The translations under genes were made by a program, and so were the position numbers. The notes under the pieces were generated by a model. It was not told where the DNA came from. It did no database searches and worked only from the letters and a program-made list of their open reading frames with translations. Below, piece by piece: positions 10,430 through 23,216 of a stretch of 64,000 nucleotides of DNA (position 1 is the stretch's first letter; every line of letters begins with the position of its first letter). This DNA comes from Lama guanicoe (Eukaryota): NCBI GenBank assembly GCA_013239625.1, contig MU057354.1:28239880-28303879 (forward strand). The letters are read 5' to 3'.

Positions 10430-12247
10430 AACCACTTGAACTAGCATACACTCTCTTAGGAACCAAGATCTCTGAATGAGCAGAGCTCAACTTTTAGGGA
10501 CAGAAAGTAACACTTTGGGCAATGGGTAATTAAAAGTAATAATGGAAGGAAACTCCTCCACTTCATCCACCCTTTGATTCCTGAATGTGTAGCATTTGGG
10601 GATTAAAAAGTGCTATACTCTCGTCATTTGTTCATTATGTATATACCACTTCCACTTAATAAGAGTGCTGTTGACCACAGACTTCATTATGGTTTGGTGG
10701 ACTGGATTCTATTCAGTCCATGATGGGTAACTTAGGTTGTGTGACCAGCTGGTACCCCATGGTCGGTCATTAAGTCATTTTATCTGGGCTCAGTAGCAAG
10801 CAGGAGCCAGAGGGGTTTACACAACATTCCTGTTTGCCATGAACTTCAGCATGATGACATCAGCTGGGTCAAAATTAGTGACAAAGTAGCTTGGACTGGG
10901 GCTGCTGCGGATCTTGCTTTGCTCCAGGCCTCACCCAACTGTCAGTTACTAAGGAAATGAGTGAGAACAGCACACTCATATTGGTGTATACTGTTTCCAA
11001 CATTCAAAGAGAGAGTTGTGCCTCTTCCTTAATGGCAGGGAACTTATCCTTCATTTTGGAAGGAAGATCCCAACCAACAAGCCAGCCCCAGATGTCTGAA
11101 CTCTTAGAAACTTCTCTAAAGAAACAGACCCCTGAATTTTCATGGTGTTCATTCCCCACCCTTTGGACACATTTGTCCTATTTAGGCCTCAAGGATTTCT
11201 CTTGTGAACTGCTCCTGAGTTCCACTCAACATAATGAATGATCTATGGGATGTCAGAAGGGTCAAGATTCTCCACACTCTATTATGACTGAGAGGAGGAG
11301 GGTTGATGGGACCCTCTCCCTTCTGGGTTAAACAGATTGCTTCTAGTGGTCCTTGCTGTTACTATGGCAAAAAAGAAATATGATCAAAATGCATATCAGC
11401 TGTCAAGGGCTGTTTAATTTGCTTCAGTAAATATACCACATCTAGAATGGCAGCTGTAAAATGAAGTCACCATCTAAATGGACTTACGATACTCCACAGT
11501 CATTCTCTACAACCCAACTGCCAAACAGGGCCGTTAAGTGAGGATGTGACAGGAATCCTCAGCCCTGCAACTCTTGAGGCTTTGCTGAGAGCACTGATCT
11601 CTGTAGTACTCCCACATGCAAAGCCTTGGCTCTGCTCTACTCACTGAAGAGGAGGGGGAGTTCCTGAACCAATGGGATGATTTTACCATTTGCTGAGTGT
11701 GTTTATTCCAATTCTGTCTTTTGGAACTGAGGAAATAACAACATGATGGTAAGATCTGGGGGCCCACTGTGAGGTAGATTCCAAACTCCATTCAACAGCT
11801 GATCTCTATAAGCCATCACTAAGACCTTAGAATCCATTCCAACACACAATTTCCAAGTTTCCACTGTTATAAGTTAATGCTGTTCTATTGTTTAGTTCAA
11901 ATTCAACTCTGTCATGGTTAGAGGTTTTGCATTTCCTTCTAGAACTTCCTGTACTAAGGCTCTAGCTATGGGTCTATGATCATAAGTAGTGGAATGGGTC
12001 TAGCAGAGAACGAGTACCTTCCTGCAAGACACCTGCTCCACAGGATCGCTGAGTGTCCTATTGGCTCCCCATGCCCTGTCGTCCACAGATATTCTTTCTC
12101 CAGTTCAAACAGATGATACTTGAAGTAACTGTGAAAATTAACCATGCTGTGGGATATCAGTAATATATTTTCTACTGGTAGTGAGTTCATCACTTTGTTC
12201 AAGTTCAATTTGGTTCTCATTTTTTACCATATTTTCCTGAGATCAAG
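10430..12247 (-). mobile_element. ERVL-class retroviral internal region (decayed gag/pro/RT/RNaseH/post-IN pieces)
   Basis: Antisense translations: VLEWILR (gag, 11825-11845); LTVGP and HVVISSVPKDRIGINTLSKW (protease); RMTVEYRK (11481-11507), AAILDVVYLLKQI, INPPPLSHN and PSKMKDK (RT); KWKWYI (10640-10657). Many stops and frameshifts. Confidence 0.85.
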
Positions 12248-12905
12248 TATCAGTCATGATCTTCTCAGGAAAACAAAACAAAAAATTAGATCTGTCAAGC
12301 AGAGGAAATTGAGTACAGGAAAACAGTTCACCTGCATGAAAAGGACTAGAGGACCAGAAAGGAGAAAGCATATCAACCCGAAATCAGGAAACCCCTATCA
12401 TATCTCTACAACAGAGCCAATTTACACGCACTTTCTAACATGTGGGGGGCTAGAACTTCCAAAGGGAGCTACCCCTGCGGAGAAAGCATATCAACCCGAA
12501 ATCAGGAAACCCCTATCATATCTCTACAACAGAGCCAATTTACACGCACTTTCTAACATGTGGGGGGCTAGAACTTCCAAAGGGAGCTACCCCTGCCAAG
12601 GCTGGAGTCTGGGAAGAACTGGCATGTTGGAATAAGTGTGCGGCCATCTGGTCTCCACTACTCTTAAAAACCACCAGCTACTAGAGCAACTGCTGACGCT
12701 TTCAGAGCCAGAATCACAATTGTTCTTCTTTCCTCCTGCTTTAAAATCTCCCATCAGTGGCTTCTTTTTGGCAGAATTTAACAAGAAGTCAGTTGCCAAG
12801 AGTCTGGGAAATATAGCTTGCAGAGTCCCATTGCCAGTAGTTCAGAGCACAGTAGAGAACAACAGGGATAAAGCTGGTTAAAAAAAAAAAAAACATAAAT
12901 AGCCA
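12248..12905 (-). mobile_element. Ancient ERVL/MaLR-class LTR, probably the 5' LTR of the adjacent internal region
   Basis: gtatcagtcatgatcttctcaggaaaacaaaac end; ttggcagaatttaacaagaagtcagttgccaagagtctgggaaatatagc motif typical of antisense old ERVL/MLT LTRs. Confidence 0.65.
12361..12596. repeat. Perfect 118-bp tandem duplication
   Basis: 12361-12478 is identical to 12479-12596. Confidence 0.97.
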
Positions 12906-12909
12906 AAGA

Positions 12910-13620
12910 AGACTAGGTAGAAAGACAGACTCTGGGATATTGGTGGCATCGAGGAGTTGCTTTAACAGCCTTGGGCTGTTCTGTTACACGAAAAATAAGA
13001 TAAATTCCCGTCTTTTAAAGCAGCTATTATTTGTATTCTCTGCTGCATTTGGCTGATTACTATCCCTGCCTTAAACAGAGCTTGGTAAGGGGAAGTAAGA
13101 GGCTACTATATGGAACTGCCTTAGCAGGACCTTGCGAGGGATGGCACACATATTGTAGACTGGAGAACTGTTGACCTTCGTTATGTGGTGGGAAAATATT
13201 TGGCCAATTTTTCACCTGCTGTAACTTGAAACACAAGCCATGTGCCTATTAAGGCTGTAGTGTTAGAGGAAATGGCAGGAAATTCAATTCTTTGGTGTAT
13301 GCTGATTGTTTCTTGTCATTTTCAGCAAGATTATCTTGATAGAGAAATATGACCTAAACCAGACCTCACCAGTCAGAAAGCTAAGATGGAAAGAAATGTG
13401 GCACTGCTAAGGGAGCTATTCTCTGCCCCTGCCTACAGTCAAATTGAATGAGAGTCCCATAATTCAGAGCCTAATAGAGTTGAAAAGGTTGAATGCTTTT
13501 TGTTTCCCAAACAGAGGAATTATAAACTGTAGCAGCAAATCAGCATCTGTAGTAACAGATGAGGCCGATGTCCAGGTCTTCACCAAGCAAGTCCCTTAAA
13601 CAAGAAGACTGCAGAAAGTT
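12910..13620 (+). mobile_element. MLT1J-like LTR 3' end followed by MLT1-internal sequence
   Basis: ataaattcccgtcttttaaagcagctattatttg at the LTR end, then gactggagaactgttgaccttcgttatgtggtgggaaaatatttggcc, typical of MLT1-int. Confidence 0.65.
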
Positions 13621-13629
13621 TTTGACCAG

Positions 13630-13850
13630 GACTCAGATTTTTAAAGTATTGCAACCCAGCACACACATGCATGTACATAACTAAAGCAGTGTGTCATGAG
13701 GCAATATTCACACATAATGCTTGTGATGCTACCTGGTGCTTTGTATTTTATTCCATCCCATTTCACTCTGTTTGTTCTTAACAGTTTTGACTATGAACCA
13801 CTAAACTTCCTTCATCATCCAGTTGTAAAACATTTTTCAAACTACTGGTC
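13630..13850. mobile_element. Probable hAT-Charlie DNA transposon fragment
   Basis: gactatgaaccactaaacttcc...ttttcaaactactg resembles Charlie/MER-type termini. Confidence 0.35.
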
Positions 13851-13884
13851 TACATTTTCACAAATACTATTATATTTTCATTCA

Positions 13885-14195
13885 TGAATCCCTTGCCTTC
13901 ACTCCTCTCTTTGCCCAGTTTAGATTATATAGTATATCTTTCTAATCATCCTCTGGAATCCCCTCCACTCTGTTTCTTCTCCTTCTTGCTATTATGTAGT
14001 TGCCATGATTGCTTAAATCCAACTCTTCACTAACTCCAGACCTGCACTCAAGCAGATGAACATGACAGGAGAAATCACACAACCAAGCTAAATGATCTAT
14101 GGTGCAAGCTTCAAGTGCTACCTAGATATCTTCCTAAATTCCTCTGTCTATTCATTCCCCTACACTTCTAATAGGTGATTCTATGTTTTCTCCCC
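13885..14195 (+). mobile_element. L2 internal (ORF2-region) fragment
   Basis: aaatccaactcttcactaactccagacctgcactcaagcagatgaacatgacaggagaaatcacacaacc. Confidence 0.6.
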
Positions 14196-14199
14196 TTTT

Positions 14200-15870
14200 C
14201 TATTTCATTTTGGTGATAGTTTCCTTTACTGTGGAAAAGCTTCGTAGTTTGATGTAGTCCCATTTGTTTATTTTTGCTTTTGTTTCCCTTGCATGAAGAG
14301 GCATATCCCAAAATATATTTCAAGACCAGTGTTAAAGAACTTACTATGATTACTTCCAGAAGTTTTATGGTTTCTAGTCTTACATTTAAGTCTTTAATTC
14401 ATTTTGAATTTATTTTTGTGCATGGTGTGAGAAAGCACTACAGTTTGATTCTTTTGTATGTGACTGTCCAGTTTTCCCAACACCATTTATTCAAAAAGGC
14501 TGTCTTTTTCCTACTGTATCTTCTTGCCTACTTTGTGGTAGGTTAATTACCCATATAAGTGTGGGTTCATTTCTTAGCTCTCTGTTCTGTTTCATTGATC
14601 TGTGTGTCTGTTTTTGTACCAGTAAAATACTATTTTGATGACTGTAGTTTTGCAGTTTAATTTGAAATCCGGGAGAATAATGTCTCAAGCTTTGTTCTCT
14701 CTCAAGATTGTTCTGGCTATTTGGGGTCTTTTGTGTTTCCATATAAATTTTTAAAGTATTTGTTGGAGTTCTGTGAAAGATGCCTTTGGTATTTTGATAG
14801 AGATTGCATTCAATCTGTAGATTGCCTTAGGTAGTATGATCTTTTTAACAAAATTAACTCTTCCAATCCATGAATACAGTATATCTTTCCATTTGTTTGT
14901 GCTGTCTTCAGTTACTTTTATCCATGTCTTACAGTCTTCCAAGTACAAGTCTTTCACCTCCTTAGATTTATTCCTAGGTGTTTTATCCTTCTTGATGTGG
15001 TTGTAAATGAGATTGTTTTCTTAATTTCTCTTTCTGATAGTTCATTGTTAGTTTATAGAAATGCAACTGATTTCTGTATTTCAATTTTCTATCCTGCAAT
15101 TTTACCAAATTCATCAATGAGTTCTAGTAGTTTCTTGGTGGCATCTTTAGAATCTGTCCTAAAGTAATTATCATGTCATCTGCACAGAGTGACAGTTTAA
15201 CTTCTTCCTTTCCAACTTGGAATCCTTTTATTANNNNNNNNNNNNNNNNNNNNNNNNNNNNNNNNNNNNNNNNNNNNNNNNNNNNNNNNNNNNNNNNNNN
15301 NNNNNNNNNNNNNNNNNNNNNNNNNNNNNNNNNNNNNNNNNNNNNNNNNNNNNNNNNNNNNNNNNNNNNNNNNNNNNNNNNNNNNNNNNNNNNNNNNNNN
15401 NNNNNNNNNNNNNNNNNNNNNNNNNNNNNNNNNNNNNNNNNNNNNNNNNNNNNNNNATTTTGTCTAAAGCTTTTTCTGTATCTATTGAGATGATCATATG
15501 ATCTTTTTCTTCAATTTGTTAATGCCATGTATCACATTGATTTGCAGATATTGAACCATCCTTATCCCTGGGATAAATCCCACATGATCATTGTCTATGA
15601 TCTNNNNNNNNNNNNNNNNNNNNNNNNNNNNNNNNNNNNNNNNNNNNNNNNNNNNNNNNNNNNNNNNNNNNNNNNNNNNNNNNNNNNNNNNNNNNNNNNN
15701 NNNNNNNNNNNNNNNNNNNNNNNNNNNNNNNNNNNNNNNNNNNNNNNNNNNNNNNNNNNNNNNNNNNNNNNNNNNNNNNNNNNNNNNNNNNNNNNNNNNN
15801 NNNNNNNACTTTTCTCTGAATTTTTGATAAAATTCAACTGTAATGAATGGCTTTATTCCTCTGTTGAAAT
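14200..15870 (-). mobile_element. L1 ORF2 fragment (RT to C-terminal region), truncated at both ends, two N-runs
   Basis: ORF-track peptides MIISIDTEKALDK, NKWKDILYSWIGRVNFVKKIILPKAIYRLNAISIKIP and VEFYQKFREK are L1 ORF2p motifs. Ns at 15234-15456 and 15604-15807. Confidence 0.93.
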
Positions 15871-15874
15871 CATT

Positions 15875-16435
15875 ATATATTGGTGAAAAAATAGATACAC
15901 AAATCAATGGAATAGAACAAAGTTTCCAGAAATGGACCCACATAGTCAATTAATTTTCTGTAAAGGTGCTAAGACAAGTCAATGGAAAACAGATCATACC
16001 TTCAATAAACAGTACTGAAATAACTGGACATCTATACATAACAAAAACAGTAACAACAAATACAAACTTCAGTCTAGACCTCCACTTGATATTAAAATTA
16101 ACTTAAAATAGATCACAGATTCCCAATGTAAATGTGAAACTATAAAACTTCCAGAAGAAAACATAGAAGAAAAAGTTTGTAGCCTCAGATTAGGCAGAGT
16201 TCTTAGACATGACAACAAAAGCATGATCCACAAAAAAAAATAGTGATTTTTTTACTTTATCAAAATTTTAAAGTATTGTTATGCAAAAGACACTTCAAGA
16301 AAATGAAAAAAATAAGCTACTACAGAGGGAAAATATTTGCAAATCACATATTTTGAGAAAGAATTTGTATCTAGAGAATACAAAGTACTCTTAAAGTTTA
16401 AGAATATGGAAAAAAATAATAAAAATGGAAAGATG
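15875..16435 (+). mobile_element. Older L1M-type ORF2 3' fragment
   Basis: aaatcaatggaatagaac; aaactataaaacttccagaagaaaacatag; gaaaatatttgcaaatcacata. Confidence 0.85.
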
Positions 16436-16744
16436 TGTTTAAAGGGCATTTCCCAAATCTTAACTCTAAATTTTTAACTTTAATCTCTTTGACTGGATCA
16501 CATGCTTTCATAGCTACAGGGGAATATGGGAAGGAAATGACTTTAATTAATCACCTTGCAACCCTGAAACTGCATAAGATTAGTGTTTTCTTGATGCATA
16601 AAACTAGTATTATATTCATAAACAATAGGAATGCCCTTGACCATACTTCCATTTATTTCTGCCTCAAATATAAAAATGATGCTAGAACTGAAGCTGGTAT
16701 TTTCCAACCTTGATACAAGATCATGTAGACAAAAACATGTTAAT

Positions 16745-16935
16745 CCACTGGACTGTGAGTCATAATGAGTTCATACACATAAAAGAACTAAGCACACAGT
16801 AAGTACTCAAGAATATTAGCGGCATTATTATTGTTGTTACTACAGTTATTTATCTTTGCATTCTCAGTACCTAGAGTCATTCCTGAAATGAACTTGGTAT
16901 TCAATGAATTCTGGTTGAGTATTCGAATGAATAAA
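16745..16935 (+). mobile_element. Adjacent MIR and L2 3' ends
   Basis: cacagtaagtactcaagaatattagc (MIR tail); tattcaatgaattctggttgagtattcgaatgaataaat (L2 tail). Confidence 0.5.
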
Positions 16936-17759
16936 TATGTAGTGCTGTTTTGTCATGATGATGACTTTACTGCCACCAGATTGACCTTTCCAGTAACCAG
17001 TCTCCTGGTTCTGATCTTGCAATCCCACTTGCTTAGATGGGCCTCTATCACCTAACTAGTCTGTCCTATTGATAAACCACCACTACCACCACTGCTCTTT
17101 ATTGAGTGCTTTTTACATGTGTGCTAAACTGTTCCAGATTTTGTTTATTTAGGTATTAGGCTTCAATGGTTGCCAAAGCAGTAAAATACACTTTACACAG
17201 CTATGCAGGTCCAAGGGAAAGAGTTGGATAATGGATATATAATATATTAAACCTCACCCACTAGTTATTTTGTGATTTTGGTTTTAATTCTTAAGATGTT
17301 AATCCTGCTTAGAATGTGGTAAGTATACAGATATGGATGATTATGTAGGTAGTATCCCTATATGCTTTTAATGAGTGAAGTATTTCCACATGTCTATGTA
17401 TTTGTTTTCAAAATCCTCTCTTTATAGCATGAGTTTTTGAAAAGTAATTATTTTCCCATCTATTATTTAATCATCAAATTGATCATTTACCTTGGTAGGT
17501 TTTTTCCAAAAATATATGTCAGGCAATATGAAACTAACAGCCACTTCTCCTCACAGAAATGATTTTAAAAATTGGAACCTTTGCTGTCTAATTTTTTTAA
17601 ATGCATAATTCTTTAACTTCATAATTATATCAGACATTGTCATGAGATTTCTAACAAAATTCTAAGAAATGCAAATGATTCTCCTAGTTATTCTCCATCT
17701 TATATAAGCATTTTAAAGATTCTCATGAGTTGAAACGTCTTTGTACTTTTTAATTATAA

Positions 17760-18160
17760 AATTTTACAGACATACATAAGTCATAAATAAATTGAGAGAT
17801 ATATTCCTCCATGGGAAATCAAATCTAGTCTTTCACATTAATTTTTACTCAAAATGCTATTCCAATAAAAATCAACTTCTTTGTTATCTAATAAAATTGC
17901 CCATGCCACCCGATGAGAGGGAATACATAGGAAAGAATAAACAAAATTTTGGAAAAAAGTGATTTAAAAAAACCCATTAGCCCTACTGTATAGCCCTATT
18001 GCTATAATATTATGAAATATTTACAATAACTAAAAGCAGTGCAGGTCTGCTACAACAGTTGAGAGAGAGCACTGATCACCACAAACAGAAGTACCTGGTA
18101 GATGATAAGTTTACTATTTCATACTAGTGAGGAGAGAATGGAACAGTCTTTGTATTTGCA
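17760..18160 (+). mobile_element. Highly decayed L1ME-type ORF2 fragment
   Basis: ataaattgagagatatattcctccatggg...aatgctattccaataaaaatc corresponds to L1 NKWRDIPCSW...NAIPIKI. Confidence 0.55.
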
Positions 18161-18371
18161 AACTAACCTCAGCCATGATACTCCCTGGCTTTAACCTTAT
18201 TGCTAAAATACATTGTCTGTGAAGCATGCAATAAATGAATTTCACATGTAGTGCTACCTCTGGAGTCTTGTTCTGGAATCCTCATTCCATCAAATAAGCT
18301 GCTTCATAATGTTTACTTTTACACACTTCTCATTCTTAAAATTATGTTTATTAAATGTGGAAAACATTACT

Positions 18372-18781
18372 AGTAGTCATCATCATTCAGTTCTCCCCTA
18401 CTTTCTGGGCACACAGGAAACCATACTTCCCAACATTTTGTCATAAATGGAGCCATCAAAACTAAATCTAGCCAACAGAACGTAAGTGGATGTGGCCTGA
18501 GTCATCTCCTGCCCAAGGCAATATAAAGCCCGTGCATGAAGATCCAGCCCTTTCTTTCCTTGCTCCAGTGACCTGGCAGCCTTGTGCTGAGATGATGGAG
18601 CACAAAAGAGGAAGCACACTGGACCTCTAGGTCATTGCTTGAAAGACAGCTCCCTTGGGAAGAAGCTATTAGAACCAGAGAAGACCTAGTATAAGCAAGA
18701 AATAAACTTTTGATATATTAAGCCCTTGTAATTTTAAGTTAATTTGTTACCAAATTAGACTACAGCCTCTCATGATGAATA
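18372..18781 (+). mobile_element. MLT1I/J-type MaLR solo LTR
   Basis: ctagccaacagaacgtaagtggatgtg; gctgagatgatggagcacaaaagaggaagc; aagcaagaaataaacttttg. Confidence 0.8.
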
Positions 18782-19799
18782 AATTAGATAATTCATTTTA
18801 TGGTGACACTATAATCTCTGGGACATTTTCTTTTAGTGGTTCACAAAGATGCAGTTATTTGTACAGTCATGATTGAAAAAGAATCTTTTAAAAAAAACGC
18901 CTTAAGCTGAGAGATGCTAAAAATACTTTAACCCAACTCTATAATTATGCTCCCACACTGGATAATTTACTCAAATATAGTACTATCTTCTCCGAATCTG
19001 CAGGAGCAATGTTTCCCCTCCCCCACATGAGTCTTCCAGTTATGTTTGCTGACAGAGAAATGAATTTTCATTTATCACCATCCATATTATTTTCAATGTA
19101 TCATTTCAGCCAACTTTGCTGTGACAAAGAAATAAGTGTTTTCCTATTAATGTCTCTCTGTCTTTTCCTATTAGGTGAGAAAACTTCAGGAGAAGGCCCT
19201 AAATATTTACCAAATTCACTGAAAAATTTAAAGTAATGGACTGAGAACCACATAAAGTTAAACACTGCTTTAAAAAGCTGAAGAGTTTGCTTTCACATTC
19301 TGCATGCTTGGTGTGCATATGTTTTAAATTCTGAGTGGTTCTTTTTAGACAAATCACAATGGTTTCACGCATATGGGATGCCAAGATCCCCAACACACTT
19401 TAGGTGCAGTTTATGAATAAGGCTTCTGGGCAATTTCAACCTTTTTATGCCTGATTTCTAATCTGATCTGTTTGGATTGTGATCATCTTAGCCATAGAAA
19501 GTGTGTGATAATGACCTCATATTGTAGTTTGGGTTTCTTTCATTATTATTAGTGCCTTCATATCACGGTTTCCTTGCAAGAATCACTTTTAAGACACTCA
19601 TCTTTTACGTGAAGTTTCATTCAGTTATAATTAGATAATATAACCCACCAATCCACCTAAGCAAGAGTATGTAAATTTGAATACACGACAATACACTGAA
19701 ATTGAACAAATGAATAAAGAAATAAAGACGCCATATCAAGCCCTCCTATTGGTGGAACTCCCACATGTCAAAGAGTGAAGGGCGAGCGTTACTACAAGC

Positions 19800-20065
19800 T
19801 GCTTCTCTCTCAAGCCCTCAGTTTCCTCTAATATAGACACAGCGAACGAAATAAACCAATTTCTAGTCTTTATTAATCTAGAAGCGGCCATGTGGCACTG
19901 TTCTGACCAATCAGATAGAGTCAAAACTCCTCAGAGAGAACATCCCTTCCAAGATAACACCCTGCTGGAAGAAAGACTTTCGCTCTTGGTTTTTCCTTTC
20001 CTTTAAACTGGGAACATGGAAGCAATGCTCGAAGCAGCAGCAAACACCTTGCCTGAGGATGAGGG
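19800..20065 (+). mobile_element. MLT1J-L-type LTR fragment
   Basis: gcggccatgtggcactgttctgaccaatcagata; gcagcagcaaacaccttg. Confidence 0.55.
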
Positions 20066-21644
20066 GGCCTCAAGTACTAACTAGTACGTGTCATTGTGTG
20101 AAGTAAGACCCAGAAATGTCTGATTCCAAAACTGAAACACTCTTAACCTCTTTGGTATACCACCTCACCATAGCTGACAGGAAATGAGCGTCCTGGGAGG
20201 GAGAGGTTTCAGAGGAAAGAAGAAAGCAATAGCAATGGGGAGTCAATCATGATAAACTGGGTGGGACAAGAAGATTTTAGGGGAATAAGGAGTTTCCACA
20301 ACACCAGGCAAAAAATTAAGTCATGTCTTCAGGACACTTGTGGAAGCAGGGTATTTTGATGAAGCATATTTAGTATGAAATATGACACATATAAATCAAC
20401 TTTGTAGCACCGAGTCTAATCATTAGTGATGTTGCAATAAAAACGGAGATTGTTAAATGCTTCATGTACTGCAGGATTTGTTGAAAATCCATAGAGCAGG
20501 TGAAGAAAAGAGTGGTTAATATATTTCGACATTTTGGAAAGCTTTTTTCTACTTGTTTAAAAGACAAGATTTCACGTGTTCTAGCAGCAGAGGCCTAGAT
20601 AGGAATCTATTATATATGCTGGGGTTTTTTCTTGAATAAAGCTCAATTTTGTTCTCATTTTTTTCCATTTTATGCAATTTTCTTACATAAAAAATTAACA
20701 TGATAATACTGCCCATGAAAAATAATTAAAACTATTAGAACTCGTTGTATAGAATTTACATGTTCAGAAGTTTTTTTTTTCTATTGTACAAGTCTTGTAT
20801 TTCAGAGAGACTTGTGAGAACAGCCCATTTCTGAAACTTTAATTATATTAGTTTGAATACAGCAGGGGTTCACGGGCAAAATTACTGAGAAATAAAACTT
20901 GAAGGTCGTTTGGAGTCAGGCTATGATCTAATGGAATAGATCGTGGAATTAAAGAGGAACATAGAGTTCAGGGTAGGGATTTGATCATTTCAATCTATGG
21001 AATCGTAATGGAAAGATGGTAGCTTATTCAACAAATATCTGTTGAAAATCTAGAACTGTGTATAGGACATTTGCAAATTTTATATCAGGAACTAAGCTTA
21101 AGTTTCCTGCACTTTACTGTGCATTTTTCAGATATTCCATGTAATAAAATCCTGCTTTTAATAAGTCTGCAACCAACTGCTTATAAAATCCCTCTATGCC
21201 TGAGCAATGACGACCAGAAAGTTGAACTTCTGTTCTTCCAAATCAAGGCATAAATGAGGAAAATGGGGAGAATGAGGCTCTCTGTTGGAAATTCCCTGTC
21301 ATTAGTTTCATGAAGCTGGGTTTGGAGAACTGCTAACAGAAACACCGCTGCCGACCCGAATATCAGACACATGGGTAGGTTTTGAAAGGCATCCAGCCTG
21401 AAAATCTCGTAGGAGTTTGTAGCTGGTAGTTAGCACCTGGTGCTACATTCTGACACACACGCGGAGCCTGGTCACGATGCGCTCTCGGCTACATTGACCA
21501 TTTTGTGTACGCCAGATGCCAAAGTAGAAAATAAATGTGGAATCAATGCTTCCATAACCCAATTACGGCAGTTTAAACCAGGTGGACCCAGGTGGAGTTT
21601 GAACCACAGAAAATTCCAAAAATTCCCTTCCCTTTGGCTCTGTC

Positions 21645-21863
21645 TAAAGATTTCTCAGCCTCGGCACTGGTAATTCGGGCTGGGTAATTCTTGGCTATGG
21701 GGCTGTCCGTGCATTGCAAGACATTTAGCAGCATTTCTGGCCTCCACTGGAGGCCAGCGGCTTTCCTCCCTAATGATGTCAAAGAAATGTCTGAAGACAC
21801 TTCCAAATGTCCCCTGAGGACCAAATTTCCCTCCCTTGACCTCTGCCCAGTCGAGAACCACTG
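21645..21863. mobile_element. MER20 (hAT-Charlie)
   Basis: ttctcagcctcggcactg...gcattgcaagacatttagcagcat...aaatgtcccctg...gagaaccactg. Confidence 0.88.
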
Positions 21864-22387
21864 CTCTATTTAGAGAGTCGATCTATGCTGAAATATTCCA
21901 AATGACTCTGGTCCACAGAACCAAACAGAACATAGGGGTCATACAGAACAAGAGCTCAGAGAGGCCATTCTACCTGACAGTGTTGACAGCACAGGGGATG
22001 GAAAGACATAATTCTTGCAGAATGAGAGGAATGAAGACTACAGTCAGGGTTTGGGAGAAAGAGAGATGTGATTTTTAAAGTGGAAATTGGCTGCTTTTCT
22101 GCAAGTTGGCACGAAGGGAGGTAAGTGGGCTGATATTTGGCAGGGCTCAGGGCTCCCTGAAAGGTGTACTGAACAAATAGATATGTGTTTGTTTGTTTGT
22201 TTAACTTAGGACTTTTTCCCCTTCAAGGGAGAGACAGCCAAGCAGGTCTGGTGTCAGGAAGGAGTTCACAGAAAAGAGAATGGAGGCAGACATAGAAAAG
22301 GAAACAGAGGGTGGAAGCAAGAGCCCAGAGGGAACTGGAGGATGCCCCAGAAGGAAGAGCAGGACCAAACAGAGTCACACTACTGGA

Positions 22388-22610
22388 GGACTTTGGAATC
22401 CAGAACTGGGCTGTGTGGCTTTAAATCCTGGGTCCATCATTTATGAGATGTGTGACCTTGAAGATTTTTTTACTCGTTTGAAGTTTCTGTTTCTCATCTG
22501 CAAAATGGGGATGATAATAATTCCCAGGCTTGAAGGTTCCTGGGATGTGAAAATGTGATGATGCCTGTAAGGCATATAACACAGGACCTACCTTAAATAG
22601 AAATGCCATA
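22388..22610 (+). mobile_element. MIR SINE
   Basis: tgtgtgaccttg...ctgtttctcatctgcaaaatggggatgataata core. Confidence 0.85.
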
Positions 22611-23216
22611 GAACAGTGCTGAGGGTGTCATGGGTCTCTGAAGACCACACAGGCCCTGTGCATGGTGGCTTCCATAGTGACTATGAGGGTCCTTTGCAGT
22701 CCAGGTGCAGTGAAGGTCAACAGCAAGATGTGATCATGGCCCAACAGGCACAGTAGAAAGGAGAGGGGAAGATTTAAAAGACCTAGCTGGACCACAGACC
22801 CAGATGGGGCCAATAGGCACCAGCTTTCTTAATGAATACCCGAAATGGGGGAACAGAGGAGGAATGCAGTGGCTAATCTGCCAGGAGCATTGGCAAGCAA
22901 GAAAGATGACAGGTAGAGAGCTGCGGTAAGTATGGGGATTGAGACACCTTATCAGGCGAGCAGGGAGGAGTGTCAGGTGGTTCTGTAGTCTAGTGCTGTT
23001 CATACTGCCAGAGCATTCATTCCATATAGGGGTGAGGCTTTGTGCCAAACTCTCAGCCTTTAAAAGAGCATCTCTCCTGTGCAAATGCTCAATAAATATC
23101 AGATGAGTGAGCAACAGAACTGAGGAATAGATTAGGGAAATCAGTAGCTTCTTTTCTGAAAGGGACTCTTCTTTCAAACCTCTTAAATTTTACTCTTTAT
23201 GATGAGTTACAAATTT

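Noticed and set aside
12144-12635. 163-aa ORF
   Set aside because: Lies in an LTR/ERV remnant and is lengthened by the 118-bp duplication.
14200-16435. Divergent L1 pieces as one twin-primed 5' inversion
   Set aside because: The pieces overlap by several hundred bp of ORF2 homology, look like different subfamilies, and have no TSD or poly(A).
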